Origin: Candidatus Micrarchaeota archaeon
GTDB taxonomy: Archaea > Micrarchaeota > Micrarchaeia > Micrarchaeales > CABMGC01
NCBI GenBank assembly: GCA_021803945.1
Contig: JAJZKW010000005.1
Location: forward strand, 7,716 to 55,335
Direction of reading: 5' to 3'
Length of the DNA stretch: 47,620 nt
Within the stretch, counting starts at the first letter, position 1; the number at the start of each line of letters is the position of its first letter. Shown piece after piece: positions 1 through 13,953 of the stretch. The translations under genes and the position numbers were made by a program. The notes beneath the pieces were generated by a model. It searched no databases. It saw only the letters and a program-made list of their open reading frames with translations, and was not told the origin of the DNA.

Positions 1-50
1 AGGGGTCTTTACGGAGACAATCCCGGATTTCTTATCACAAACGAATGAAC

Positions 51-479
51 TCAGATCATCTTCCTGAGCCTTGAGCTTTTAAACACGTTGCTATTGAAAG
101 GCCTCTCCCGCTTTATCCTTGCCTTAATCTCATATCTTTCAAGGCTTCTGCGCAACTCCAGCTCGTCTATCCTCTGGTCATATCCGAGCACTATGAAGTC
201 AGGCCTGTATCTTAACAGTATCCTGTACATCTCCTCAGGATCTTTTATCCTATTTCCAAGCACTGCTTTGTGGACGAACTTCAAGGCCCCGACGATCTCA
301 AGCCTCGACCTCTCGCCGAACAGCGGCCTCCTCCCTTTTAGCATCTTTATGCTTTCGTCCCGCGCGACTACGACAACAAGCCTTCCATACCTGCTAGCCT
401 GCTTAAGGTAATGTATGTGGCCAGGATGCAGTATGTCGAAAGCCCCGAAAGCCATCACAGTCTTTTCCCGCATACACAT
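51..479 (-). CDS. ribL: FAD synthase (cytidylyltransferase family)
   Basis: FGAFDILHPGH (HxGH) motif, VVVVARD and IVLGYDQ typical of archaeal RibL; start may be the ATG at 473. Confidence 0.85.
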   Translation of the reverse strand: MCMREKTVMAFGAFDILHPGHIHYLKQASRYGRLVVVVARDESIKMLKGRRPLFGERSRLEIVGALKFVHKAVLGNRIKDPEEMYRILLRYRPDFIVLGYDQRIDELELRRSLERYEIKARIKRERPFNSNVFKSSRLRKMI

Positions 480-678
480 ACTCCAGGTTAAAGATATTTA
501 AAGAAATCCCCGGCCAAACCAGGCCAGGTCTTATATGCCCCAGACCCATATATACCGACATCAAATCCCATAGAAACCTATAAAAACTTTGACCTGCTAT
601 ATTATATGGTAAATTCGAATATCATTAGGTGACTTTTGGTATCTTCTATTTATAAAATCAAAAACAACAGGTGAAAAT

Positions 679-2337
679 ATGGCAGAGAATAATCTAGGCG
701 GACAACAGTATATGGTATTGCCGGAAGGGGCCAGCAGGCTTTTGGGAAAGGAGGCACAGAGAACCAATATCGCGGTGGGATATGCGGTAGCGAGCATAGT
801 AAAGACAACGCTCGGCCCTAAGGGCATGGACAAGATGCTCGTCAGCGAGCTTGGTGACATAGTGATAACCAACGACGGAGCCACCATCCTGGAAGAGATG
901 AACGTAGAGCATCCGATAGCAAAGATACTAGTAGAAGTAGCAAAGACGCAGGACAAGGAAGTCGGCGACGGGACAACGTCCGCAGTAATAATGGCCGGAG
1001 ACCTGCTGAGGAATGCGGGAAGCCTCCTTGACCAGGGCATACCTCCTGCAGCAATAATAAAAGGATATGACATGGCAAAGGAGAAGGCCCTTTCAGTGCT
1101 CAAGTCGGTATCAAGCAACATATCCATAGCAGATCACGACAAGCTCGAGAAGATAGCGAGGATATCGATAGGCTCAAAGAACATAGGCAGCGACACCACA
1201 AAGAAGAATCTGGTCAAGCTCGCCATATCTGCGATTGAGCAGGTGGCGGAGAAGCAGGGAGACAAGGCGGTGGTGGACAAGGACTTCATCAAGCTCGAGA
1301 AGAAGGAAGGCGGAAGCATAGACGACACTGAATTCATAAACGGGGTGCTTGTAGACAAGGAGATGGCACATCCGGGAATGCCAAAGTCCATAAAGAACGC
1401 TTCAATAGCTCTACTAGACGTAGCGCTAGAGATAGAGAAGACGGAAACAGACGCAAAGATAGAGATAACCTCTCCGGAGCAGATGCAGGCCTTCCTGAAC
1501 CAGGAGGAGAAGATGCTCAAGGCAATGGTAGAGAAGATATCAAAGAGCAAGGCCAATGTCGTCTTCGTGCAGAAAGGCATAGATGATGTAGCCCAGCACT
1601 TCCTCGCGAAGGCCGGAATCTCCGCAATAAGGAGGGTGAAGAAGAGCGACATGGAGAAGCTCTCAAAGGCCACTGGAGCAAGGATGGTGACGAGCCTCGA
1701 CGACCTATCCAAAGACGATCTCGGCTTTGCAGGCCTGGTTGAGGAGAGGAAGATCTCCGGGGAGCAGATGATCTTCGTGGAGAAATGCAAGGACCCGAAG
1801 AGCGTGACGATATTCATAAGGGGAGGCACAAAGCAGGCAACCGACGAGGTGGAGAGGGCGATAACCGATGTGATCGGAGCGCTGACAAGCACTATAGAGG
1901 ACGGCAAGTACGTGACCGGAGGAGGCAGCACTGAGATAGAGGTTGCAACGAAGCTCAGGGACGCAGCTACAGACATAGGCGGCAGGGAGCAGCTAGCCAT
2001 GATGTCATTCGCAGACGCGCTTGAAGTAATCCCCAAAGCGCTGGCAGAGAGCGCAGGTATGGATCCTATAGACACCCTGGTGCAGCTCAGGAACAAGCAC
2101 AAGGGCAGCTCAGGAAAGGCCTTCGGTGTTGATGTATATGGAAATGTCATATCCGACATGGACAAGCTGGGGGTAATAGAGCCGCTTAAAGTAAAGGTAC
2201 AGGCGATAACCAGCGCAACCGAGGCTACAGTCTCGATCCTGAGGATAGATGACATGATAAGCTCAAAGGGATCAAGGCCTCAGGGCGGAGGAGGGCCAGG
2301 AGGCATGCCTCAGGGCATGGGAGGGATGGAGGACTAA
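679..2337 (+). CDS. ths: thermosome subunit (group II chaperonin)
   Basis: TTLGPKGMDKML, ITNDGATIL, GDGTTS motifs; GGM-rich C-terminal tail; GGTGA SD-like site upstream. Confidence 0.97.
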   Translation: MAENNLGGQQYMVLPEGASRLLGKEAQRTNIAVGYAVASIVKTTLGPKGMDKMLVSELGDIVITNDGATILEEMNVEHPIAKILVEVAKTQDKEVGDGTTSAVIMAGDLLRNAGSLLDQGIPPAAIIKGYDMAKEKALSVLKSVSSNISIADHDKLEKIARISIGSKNIGSDTTKKNLVKLAISAIEQVAEKQGDKAVVDKDFIKLEKKEGGSIDDTEFINGVLVDKEMAHPGMPKSIKNASIALLDVALEIEKTETDAKIEITSPEQMQAFLNQEEKMLKAMVEKISKSKANVVFVQKGIDDVAQHFLAKAGISAIRRVKKSDMEKLSKATGARMVTSLDDLSKDDLGFAGLVEERKISGEQMIFVEKCKDPKSVTIFIRGGTKQATDEVERAITDVIGALTSTIEDGKYVTGGGSTEIEVATKLRDAATDIGGREQLAMMSFADALEVIPKALAESAGMDPIDTLVQLRNKHKGSSGKAFGVDVYGNVISDMDKLGVIEPLKVKVQAITSATEATVSILRIDDMISSKGSRPQGGGGPGGMPQGMGGMED

Positions 2338-2454
2338 CTGCATAAGGTCCAGCCTTCCAGCCAAGGCCATCCAATCCCTTTCAGGTCCTTCGGCAGACTT
2401 TAAATATAAATATAAACTCTTCATTCCATATACCCATAAACAGGGTGTCTCCAC

Positions 2455-3030
2455 ATGACAAAACTAATACTAGTCACAGGAACCGCAGGAGCAGGGAAAA
2501 GCACGATCCTTTCGATATTATCCGGCATAGAGGGCAACAAGCTCAGGATAATCAACCTTGGCTCAGAGATGCTTGACATAGCAAAGGAGAGGTTCAACAT
2601 AACTGACAGGGACAAGGTGAGGCTCCTCGACGACAGTACGACAATAGCGATAAGAAACGAGATCATGCAGAGGATAATAGGCACGAAGGAGGACTCGATA
2701 ATAGACACCCACGCATCGGTAAAGCAGGGAAGGAGATACAGGCCGGGATTCTCCATAGACGAACTGCAGAAGATAAGGATAAGCGCAATAATATACATAG
2801 ACGCGACATCAGAGGAGGTGCTTGAGAGGAGCCTCGCTGACAAATCCAGGACAAGGGCCTACGACTCGATCGCAGAAATAGACGAGTGGAGGAGCGTAAA
2901 CATATCCATAATCTCGACGTTCGCCGTGTATTTAAATATCCCGATATACATCATATACAACAAGGAAGGAAAGCAGGATGAAGCTGCAGCAGAAGTGCAC
3001 AGGATAACAAAAGAGATAATCGGCGAATAA
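2455..3030 (+). CDS. adkA: archaeal adenylate kinase
   Basis: P-loop GTAGAGKST, IIDTHASVK motif; first gene of the conserved adk-DUF106-L34e-cmk-L14e cluster. Confidence 0.88.
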   Translation: MTKLILVTGTAGAGKSTILSILSGIEGNKLRIINLGSEMLDIAKERFNITDRDKVRLLDDSTTIAIRNEIMQRIIGTKEDSIIDTHASVKQGRRYRPGFSIDELQKIRISAIIYIDATSEEVLERSLADKSRTRAYDSIAEIDEWRSVNISIISTFAVYLNIPIYIIYNKEGKQDEAAAEVHRITKEIIGE

Positions 3031-3031
3031 T

Positions 3032-3487
3032 TTGGCCATACCAATACTACCAGAGCTAGCGGCAATAGCAATTGCATACGTAACGCTTACAATCGTAGTG
3101 CAGAGGAAACTGATAAACTACAAGAGGATAAAGGAGATAAAGAAGGAGATGGACTCTAAGATGAAGGAGCTGAAGCAGATGGGCGCAACCGCAACAAAGG
3201 AGATGACGGACGCCAAGCAGAAGGAGATAATGCTGCTCACATCAGAGAGCATGAAGCACCAGATCAAGGGAATGATTATAATACTTCCAATATCAATACT
3301 TCTATATTACGTCGCGCTTCCGGCACTGTTCCCTTCACAGGCCACAGTCATCGTCCTTTCATACACGCTGCCGTACAGGACGTTCTTCATAATTGTGGCG
3401 TTCGTCCTGGGATTGATATCGACGATGCTGCTCTCGCTGTACGAAAGGGCAGTGGCGAAGAGGCAGCAGCCGGTTACCGCTCAATGA
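3032..3487 (+). CDS. DUF106 / EMC3-TMCO1 (Oxa1 superfamily) membrane protein
   Basis: TM helix, coiled coil, then TM helices; conserved position between adk and L34e; TTG start. Confidence 0.8.
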   Translation: MAIPILPELAAIAIAYVTLTIVVQRKLINYKRIKEIKKEMDSKMKELKQMGATATKEMTDAKQKEIMLLTSESMKHQIKGMIIILPISILLYYVALPALFPSQATVIVLSYTLPYRTFFIIVAFVLGLISTMLLSLYERAVAKRQQPVTAQ

Positions 3488-3500
3488 AAAAGGTGTTTTT

Positions 3501-3821
3501 TTGCCAAAACCAATGCACAGATCGAGAAGCTTCAGGAGGCTTGACAGAGTCACTCCGAAGAACAGGCACGTCATCCACTACAAGAGGAAGTCCCCGTCAA
3601 TGCCGCACTGCGCAATCTGCAGGAAGGAGCTCAATGGGATATCCCTAAAGCCGAGAGGAAAGAGCGCAGCGACCAATTCCAGGAAGTTCGGCGGCGTGCT
3701 CTGCGCGTCATGCACCTCCAAGGTGATAAAGCTGGCGAGCAGGATAGAGCAGGGAGAGATGAAGCTAAATGACATCAGCATAGTAGACAGAGCGTTTGTA
3801 CTCCAGATGATATCGCACTGA
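3501..3821 (+). CDS. rpl34e: 50S ribosomal protein L34e
   Basis: MPKPMHRSRS, CxxC...GGVLCxxC zinc motif. Confidence 0.93.
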   Translation: MPKPMHRSRSFRRLDRVTPKNRHVIHYKRKSPSMPHCAICRKELNGISLKPRGKSAATNSRKFGGVLCASCTSKVIKLASRIEQGEMKLNDISIVDRAFVLQMISH

Positions 3822-3842
3822 AGGCATAGCAGATGCATCCCC

Positions 3843-4406
3843 ATGGAAGCAATAATAATATCCGGGAAGCCGGCGGCCGGCAAGACCACAGTAGCCAGGA
3901 TCATCGCCGGACGGCTGCACATAAAAGCCATAGGCGGGGGAGACATACTAAAAGAGATGGCCATCGAGAGAGGGTATAATGCGCACGGCGACGAGTGGTG
4001 GGACTCGAAAGAGGGCATAGAGTTCCTGATGGAGAGGAAGAAGAACCCGGATTTTGACAACGAAGCTGACAAGAAGCTTATAAAAAAGATAGACGAAGGC
4101 GACATAGTCGTCACAAGCTACACTGCCGCATGGATATCCAAGAAGGGCTTCAAGGTCTGGCTCGACGGAACAGAGAAGACAAGGGCGGAGAGGATGGTAA
4201 AGAGAGACAATACGGAAATGTCGGAGAGCATGAAGGTGGTAAAGATAAGGGACATAGAGAACTTCAACGTCTACAAGAAGATATACAACATAGACTTCGG
4301 CAAGGACAAGACACCCTTCGACCTCATAATAGACACCAACTCAAAGCGCCCGGAAGAGGTAGCGGAGATTATATTAAATGAATATAAGAAAAGGAATAAT
4401 AGATGA
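3843..4406 (+). CDS. cmk: cytidylate kinase
   Basis: ISGKPAAGKTT P-loop, FDLIIDT; conserved position between L34e and L14e. Confidence 0.88.
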   Translation: MEAIIISGKPAAGKTTVARIIAGRLHIKAIGGGDILKEMAIERGYNAHGDEWWDSKEGIEFLMERKKNPDFDNEADKKLIKKIDEGDIVVTSYTAAWISKKGFKVWLDGTEKTRAERMVKRDNTEMSESMKVVKIRDIENFNVYKKIYNIDFGKDKTPFDLIIDTNSKRPEEVAEIILNEYKKRNNR

Positions 4407-4410
4407 TTGA

Positions 4411-4650
4411 ATGGCACTGATAGAGGAAGGCAGGGTATGTATAAAGAAATCAGGAAGGGATGCCGGCAGCAAAGCCGTCATAACAAAGGTGATAGACGGG
4501 AGCTTCGTAAACATAATAAGCTCTGTAAGGCCGAAGGAGAGGAAGTGCAACGTCCAGCACCTCGAGTTCCTTTCGGAGAAGGTATCTCTCTCTGACAAGG
4601 GCCAGCTGGCCAAGGTGCTCGAGATAGACACAGCGAAGCTAAAGGCATGA
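4411..4650 (+). CDS. rpl14e: 50S ribosomal protein L14e
   Basis: IEEGRVCIKKSGRDAG KOW motif, RKCNVQHLE. Confidence 0.92.
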   Translation: MALIEEGRVCIKKSGRDAGSKAVITKVIDGSFVNIISSVRPKERKCNVQHLEFLSEKVSLSDKGQLAKVLEIDTAKLKA

Positions 4651-4663
4651 CAAGGGCCATAGC

Positions 4664-5980
4664 ATGAAATTCAGGCTCACTCCAAAGATAAAGGACATAA
4701 TCGCAAGGGACAGGAAAGTGATAATGACGACAACGCGCGGCGAGGTCCCTTTCGTTGCGTCACACGGCAGGGGGGATTTCGTATATGATGTGTCAGGGAA
4801 CAGGTTCATAGACTTCTCCTCATTCATAAGCGTATACAATTTCGGGGTTAATGGCACAAAGGAGGCTGCTGCTGCCATAAGCAGCCAGGCTGCCAAACTG
4901 ATGCATCCTGCGTTCACCGACTATTATGCCGAGCAGCCTGTAGCCTTCGCCGAAAACCTGCTCACGATGTTCCCCAAGGGATTTGGAAAAGTCTTCTTCT
5001 CAAATTCAGGCACCGAAGCCAACGAAGCGGCAATAAAATATTCAAAGCTGTTTACCAAGAGGCAGTATACGATAGCCTTCTATAACTCATTCCACGGAAG
5101 GACAATAGGATCTCTCTCCCTCACGTCTTCGAAGATCGCGCAGAGGGAAAGGTTCGGTCCGTTCAACTCCGTCGTACATGCTCCGTACGCATACTGCTAT
5201 AGATGCCCGCTCGGCAAGGAGTATCCTTCATGCGGCATAGCATGCGCGGATTACCTGAAGAAATACCCGTTGGCCAAGGAGGTCTCCCCGAAAGAGGTTT
5301 CCGCAATATTCATCGAGCCCGTCCAGGGGGAGGGTGGGTATGTAGTTCCCCCAAGAGAGTTCGTCAAGGAGGTCAGGAAGATAGCCACTGACAACGGGAT
5401 GCTGCTTGTCTCCGACGAGGTGCAGGCAGGGTACATGCGTGCAGGGAAGTTCCTTGCTATGGACAATTTCGGAGTAGAGGCCGACATCTATACGCTTGCA
5501 AAGGCAGCAGGCGGAGGCCTGCCCATAGGAATCACCGTGGCAAGGAATTCGCTTGGCAACGTTCCTGAAGGCGCGCACTCAAATACGTTCGGAGGGAACC
5601 TCGTGTCAGTCGCAGCAGCCGACACCACGCTCAGGTACATAAAGAAGAACATGCGTTCGCTAGAGGCGCAGATAAAGGAGAAGAACAGGATAATCATGGA
5701 CAGGCTCAACAGGATGAAGGACGAATACGAGATAGTGGGAGACGTCAGGGGCCTAGGGCTTATGATAGGCGTGGAGTTTGTCAAGGACAAGAAATCCAAG
5801 GCACCTGCGGTCAAGGAAAGGGATGCGGTGGTGCTGGAGTCATTCAACAACGGCTTGCTCATGCTGCCATGCGGTGAATCAGTGATAAGGATAATACCTC
5901 CGATAACGATATCAAGGAGCAGCCTCGAAGAGGGGCTCGACATACTCGAGGCAGCGATCAGGAAGTCCTGCGGGAAATGA
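4664..5980 (+). CDS. class III PLP-dependent aminotransferase (acetylornithine/4-aminobutyrate type)
   Basis: NSGTEANEAA, FHGRT, EPVQGEGG, DEVQAG, LAKAAGGG (PLP lysine), HSNTFGGN. Confidence 0.92.
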   Translation: MKFRLTPKIKDIIARDRKVIMTTTRGEVPFVASHGRGDFVYDVSGNRFIDFSSFISVYNFGVNGTKEAAAAISSQAAKLMHPAFTDYYAEQPVAFAENLLTMFPKGFGKVFFSNSGTEANEAAIKYSKLFTKRQYTIAFYNSFHGRTIGSLSLTSSKIAQRERFGPFNSVVHAPYAYCYRCPLGKEYPSCGIACADYLKKYPLAKEVSPKEVSAIFIEPVQGEGGYVVPPREFVKEVRKIATDNGMLLVSDEVQAGYMRAGKFLAMDNFGVEADIYTLAKAAGGGLPIGITVARNSLGNVPEGAHSNTFGGNLVSVAAADTTLRYIKKNMRSLEAQIKEKNRIIMDRLNRMKDEYEIVGDVRGLGLMIGVEFVKDKKSKAPAVKERDAVVLESFNNGLLMLPCGESVIRIIPPITISRSSLEEGLDILEAAIRKSCGK

Positions 5981-6058
5981 TGGATCAGCGCGTAACGCTG
6001 CGCGCTGCAGCTCAACGCGTTACATACATCATATAAGGAAAAGGAAATAAGGTTCAGG

Positions 6059-9690
<3,632 letters not shown>

Positions 9691-11529
9691 CTACTCGTTC
9701 AGGCTTATGCTGGTCATTATGTGGAGGGACTTTATCTCGTCGAGCAGCACTTTGAAGGCGTAGCTTATCTCTACCTCCTCGAAGTCGTTCTGCTTGCACA
9801 CAGAGCATATCTGCACCTTCTTTATGTGATCGTAATATCCCAGCGAGCCGCAGTTCTTGCACACAAGGACCTCTGTCTTGTCGCTCTGGTCGAGCAGCCT
9901 CTCCTTGAGCAGCAGGCTAGCCCCGTATCCTATTAGAGCATCTCGTTCCATCTCCCCGAATCTCAGGGCACCCTGCCTGGCTTTTCCTTCAGTAGGCTGG
10001 TGGGTAAGTATCTGCACCTTCCCCCTGCTTCTGACCTGTATCTTGTTGCTGACCATGTGGTACAGCCTGTTGTAGTATACCACTCCGTTGAAGATCGTGG
10101 ACCTGAACGGCAGCCCAGTCATCCCGTCATAAAGCACCTCATTGCCGTATCTCTCGAACCCGTGCGATTCGAGCATGTTTCCATAATCCTCTATCCTCTT
10201 AGACCCTGCCTCTGCGAACGCCGTGCCGTCCATTATCCTGCCCCCTACTGCACCGGCCTTTCCTGAGAGCATCTCCAGGAGGTGGCCGAAGGTAAGCCTT
10301 GTCGGTATAGAGTGCGGATTGAGTAGCAGGTCAGGGACTATCCCCTCAGCAGTGAAAGGCATGTCTTCCGGCGGAACTATCAATGCCACAACTCCCTTCT
10401 GCCCGTGCCTGCTCGCAAACTTGTCCCCGTTTTCAGGTATCCTGAGGCTCCTTATCCTTGTCTTGACTATCTTCGTAGCGCCTGTTGATTCTGTGAATAT
10501 AACGCTGTCTACCACTCCGCTCTCCCCTGTCTTCATCACCACCGTATCATCCCTTACCTTCTCCTCTAACCCTCCTGCTCCCAGGTTCTCCTCAAGGAAC
10601 CTTGGAGGCGCTATCTTCCCTATCAACGCGTCCCCTTCAGACACCTCCATCTCAGGCTCTATTATCCCGTCCTCGCTGAGCTTCGAGTATACGTGCTCTC
10701 CCATGTATCCGTCGGCTGTAGGCGGAGGGATCTTGAACTTGTCCTTCTGCCCTCCAGGATACCTCCTCTCCTCATCCACATATGTCTTGTAAAACATGCT
10801 TCTCCCGAGCCCCCTGTCCACAGCGGCCCTGTTCAGGACTATGGCATCTGCCATATTGTATCCATAGTATGTTGAAAGCGCAACCACGAAGTTCTGTCCG
10901 CTGGGGTGGTTGGTTATCTTCACAGTCTCGTATGCCGCAGTGGTGGCTATGGGTTTCTGCGGGTAGAAAAGTATATATGACCTGGAATCGAACCTCTGGT
11001 TGAAGTTTGTGGCATACAGGCCCTGCGCCTGCTTCGTGAAGTTGGCGAGCATTGCGTGCCTTGCCAAGCTGTTGTGCTCAGGGTAAGGCGATGTGTTTAT
11101 CGTAAATCCGAATATTGCCGATATGTCCACCTCAAGGTGGGTGGTCTTTTCCGTTATGTCCTTTTCAGTCATCGCAGCCAGTATATTCTCCTCCTCCTCC
11201 GCATCGAGGTATTCGACTATCCCGTTCCTAAGCAGCCAGTTGAAATTTATCTCCTTGCTCTTCAGCTTCTCCTCCAGCTCGCGTGTGAACTTCGACTGCT
11301 TGTTCTCCACTATTATGTAAGGCTTCCTCAGCCTTCCCCTGTCAGTGTTTATATTGACTGCATTGAGCTTTTCGGAGTATGACACGTTCACCTCTCCTGA
11401 TATCATGCCCTTCCTGCGTGCGGCCCGTATCTCGGCTGCCAGCTCCAGCGGATTCTCCACTGCTCCGGCAACCTTGCCATTGAGGTAAACGTATGCCTTG
11501 CCCTTCGCTCTAGCCGCCATAAACATCAC
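9691..11529 (-). CDS. rpoB1: DNA-directed RNA polymerase subunit B'
   Basis: GDKFASRHGQKG, LRFGEMERD, C-terminal CxxC...CxxC. Confidence 0.97.
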   Translation of the reverse strand: MMFMAARAKGKAYVYLNGKVAGAVENPLELAAEIRAARRKGMISGEVNVSYSEKLNAVNINTDRGRLRKPYIIVENKQSKFTRELEEKLKSKEINFNWLLRNGIVEYLDAEEEENILAAMTEKDITEKTTHLEVDISAIFGFTINTSPYPEHNSLARHAMLANFTKQAQGLYATNFNQRFDSRSYILFYPQKPIATTAAYETVKITNHPSGQNFVVALSTYYGYNMADAIVLNRAAVDRGLGRSMFYKTYVDEERRYPGGQKDKFKIPPPTADGYMGEHVYSKLSEDGIIEPEMEVSEGDALIGKIAPPRFLEENLGAGGLEEKVRDDTVVMKTGESGVVDSVIFTESTGATKIVKTRIRSLRIPENGDKFASRHGQKGVVALIVPPEDMPFTAEGIVPDLLLNPHSIPTRLTFGHLLEMLSGKAGAVGGRIMDGTAFAEAGSKRIEDYGNMLESHGFERYGNEVLYDGMTGLPFRSTIFNGVVYYNRLYHMVSNKIQVRSRGKVQILTHQPTEGKARQGALRFGEMERDALIGYGASLLLKERLLDQSDKTEVLVCKNCGSLGYYDHIKKVQICSVCKQNDFEEVEISYAFKVLLDEIKSLHIMTSISLNE

Positions 11530-12998
11530 AATTTTTCTATCTTGGTAAGTTCCCTTATCCTTGCCTCAGTTGACTCCTCATCCGCTCCAACCGTCACCTT
11601 CGCCATCGCAGCGAGGTACTTGGTCAATCCTACCTCCTGGCCTTCAGGAGTCTCTGACGGGCATATCTTGCCCCACTGCGTACCGTGCACATCCCTTGCC
11701 TTGAAATGCGGATGCTTCTTTGCCAGCGGAGACTTGACTCTCCTGAGGTGCGTATAGGTGCTTATTATGTTTGTCCTGTCAAGCACCTGAGACACTCCTG
11801 TCTGCCCTGCCACCCACGTTCCAGTGCCCATTGCGTATGCAATCCTCTCTGTTATCGTGTCAGGATTGATTATAGACTGAATGCTGAGCTTCCTCCCCCT
11901 TGCGCTCGTCCTCTCTATCTGGTATTTAACCTCCTTGGTGAAGAACCTGAATGCATATGCGAAAAGCTCCTCCATCAGCTCTCCTGAGTACTTCACCCTC
12001 TTGTTGCCATAGTGGTCCTTGTCATCCTCCTTGGCCTGCCTGTTGCCTATTATCGTCGCCTTCCGTGCCATCTGTATCAGGTACTTGCCCTTCTCGAGCC
12101 TGTCTTCAGGAGCCTCCCCTATGTGCGGAAGCAGGTAGTTGTCAACCTGCGTCTCCGCCCTCTTCTGCTGGTATTCCTTGGCCTGCCCTGGAGCAGACAG
12201 CTTCCCAAGCTCTACAAGCGACTCGTTTGACGACATATCCTTGCTTTCTGAGACCTCTATATTGAGCATCATATCATTCTTGAACGGGAGCATGTCTTCA
12301 GCGTAGCTCATTATGTTCTCCGCCTTCAGTCCTAGCGCCTTAAGCACGAGCATGAAGTTAAGGCTTTTCGGCACTGTAGGGAAATCCACAGTGAATATCC
12401 CGTTCTGCGCCCTTGTCACAACGCACCTGGCTCTGAATCCAGGTGCCGTAGAGAAGACCACGCTGGCGACCTTGTCGCCGGTCTTCTTCCTAGTGGTTAT
12501 GATCCTATTCGCGGCTACGTCCTCCAGCCCTATCAGCACACGCTCCACTCCCTTTATTATGAAGTACCCTCCTGGGTCGTCGACATCCTCGCCGTTTTCC
12601 ATCATCTGCTGCTTTGTCTGGGTCTTCAGGTAGCACAGGTTGCTCCTTACCATGATAGGCATCTCTCCCACGAAGACCTCCCCGAACGAGGCAGACTTCT
12701 CTATCCCCCTTATTATCGGGACTACCTCTATGAATATCGGAGCAGAATAAGTAAGGTTCCTCAGCCTTGTCTCGTTAGGCATTATCGGCCTCCTCGATCC
12801 GTCTGCCTCTATCACAGAAGCCTTCTCGAGCCTCACCTTCCCCAGCTTCAGCGCGAATCCCTCCACACTTGGCTCTATTATGCTCTGCCTGTTTATGACT
12901 GCCTGGATCCCGCTGTCCTGGAACCTGTTGAAGCTCTCTATCTGGTGTGTGACAAGGGAATTTGCCTCTAGGTACGATTCAAGCAGTATATTGCTCAT
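11526..12998 (-). CDS. rpoB2: DNA-directed RNA polymerase subunit B''
   Basis: HQIESFN, DPGGYFIIKG, DDKDHYGNKR, CPSETPEG. Confidence 0.97.
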   Translation of the reverse strand: MSNILLESYLEANSLVTHQIESFNRFQDSGIQAVINRQSIIEPSVEGFALKLGKVRLEKASVIEADGSRRPIMPNETRLRNLTYSAPIFIEVVPIIRGIEKSASFGEVFVGEMPIMVRSNLCYLKTQTKQQMMENGEDVDDPGGYFIIKGVERVLIGLEDVAANRIITTRKKTGDKVASVVFSTAPGFRARCVVTRAQNGIFTVDFPTVPKSLNFMLVLKALGLKAENIMSYAEDMLPFKNDMMLNIEVSESKDMSSNESLVELGKLSAPGQAKEYQQKRAETQVDNYLLPHIGEAPEDRLEKGKYLIQMARKATIIGNRQAKEDDKDHYGNKRVKYSGELMEELFAYAFRFFTKEVKYQIERTSARGRKLSIQSIINPDTITERIAYAMGTGTWVAGQTGVSQVLDRTNIISTYTHLRRVKSPLAKKHPHFKARDVHGTQWGKICPSETPEGQEVGLTKYLAAMAKVTVGADEESTEARIRELTKIEKL

Positions 12999-13010
12999 AT
13001 AAACAAACCT

Positions 13011-13241
13011 TTAGCCGTCTATTACTGCCCTGTAGTATGGATATTCCCGCTTTCCTTCCCTCCTGTATATCTTCAATACCTGTCCTGGCTTTGCCTCGAG
13101 CTTCTTCGCCTGTACGTCGCTCTCGAATATCTTAGGAAGGTTATCAATCGTAATATTAAAGGTCTTGAAAAGCTCTTTCACGTCCTTGTCACTCATGATT
13201 TCATGAACCGGAACAAGTTCGTGGTCGCTTTTTGATGGCAT
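13011..13241 (-). CDS. rpoH: DNA-directed RNA polymerase subunit H
   Basis: HELVPVHEIM, LPKI, YYRAV; first gene of the rpo operon; GGTGA SD upstream. Confidence 0.95.
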   Translation of the reverse strand: MPSKSDHELVPVHEIMSDKDVKELFKTFNITIDNLPKIFESDVQAKKLEAKPGQVLKIYRREGKREYPYYRAVIDG

Positions 13242-13481
13242 AATTCACCCAACATCAGCACTAGCAGTGGGAATTCCACTACTCCTTTGTTCAACAAACT
13301 TTATAAGCGTTTTCATAGGTCCTTTTACCTGCAATAAAAGCCTTTTGGCAGGGCTTTGTCGGTTAAATGCCATTCGGCGAGATTGGGATTTTCGATATAA
13401 ATCTCATTATCCACCGATGCGCTCGTAGTACCGACTTTCAGTAGACTTTGCACTATTGATTTGTGATGTCAAAAAGAGAAG

Positions 13482-13503
13482 CCCCTGAACCTATATTCAG
13501 GGG
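13482..13503 (-). terminator. hairpin plus U-rich tract downstream of the orphan gene at 13519-13953
   Basis: CCCCTGAA-6nt-TTCAGGGG perfect 8-bp stem followed on the minus strand by CTTCTCTTTTT. Confidence 0.6.
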
Positions 13504-13518
13504 AAGATTCTTAATCTG

Positions 13519-13953
13519 TCAGTCTCTATGGTAGAGACCTAAAGGATCTTTTTTATTAATTTTTTCTACTAGTACTCCAAAACCAATACCAGCTACACCC
13601 GCAATTGCTAATCCAATAACGGTTACATCTTTAGTTAGCTGGATACTTTTTGTTAGTTGGGCGCCTAGCTGGTTATTATACATCAACCCCACAATCCCAA
13701 TGGCTACACGAGACATTAGTCCGAATGCAGCTATGGCAAGACCTGCGAAAGCTCCCTTTCCAGCTAAATCTGCCTCATCATTTAGTCTCCTCATGAGCCT
13801 TTTATATGTCTCTGCTTCCTTCCCCTGGTCAACCGTTCTTCTTATTGCTCCCCAATACTCCGGGGGCAGTACCTGCGCAGTTGTTTCCCCTCTTTCCCTT
13901 TTCACAGCACTTAAACTATTCTTCGGGACTTCCGGCGCATTTAATTTCTCCAT
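13519..13953 (-). CDS. hypothetical membrane protein (orphan, AT-richer than flanks)
   Basis: 144-aa ORF with two Gly/Ala-rich hydrophobic segments; has its own TATA box and terminator. Confidence 0.7.
   Translation of the reverse strand: MEKLNAPEVPKNSLSAVKRERGETTAQVLPPEYWGAIRRTVDQGKEAETYKRLMRRLNDEADLAGKGAFAGLAIAAFGLMSRVAIGIVGLMYNNQLGAQLTKSIQLTKDVTVIGLAIAGVAGIGFGVLVEKINKKDPLGLYHRD

Noticed and set aside
1134-2255. 373-aa antisense ORF within the thermosome gene (similar shadows lie over the rpo genes, cysS, DRG, purB, srp54 and the DEAD helicase)
   Set aside because: Fully overlaps well-supported genes, is Ser/Leu/Phe-biased and has no motifs; explained by codon bias of the real strand
13266-13280. 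Short inverted repeat AGTGG-GAATT-CCACT upstream of rpoH
   Set aside because: Too short to distinguish from chance
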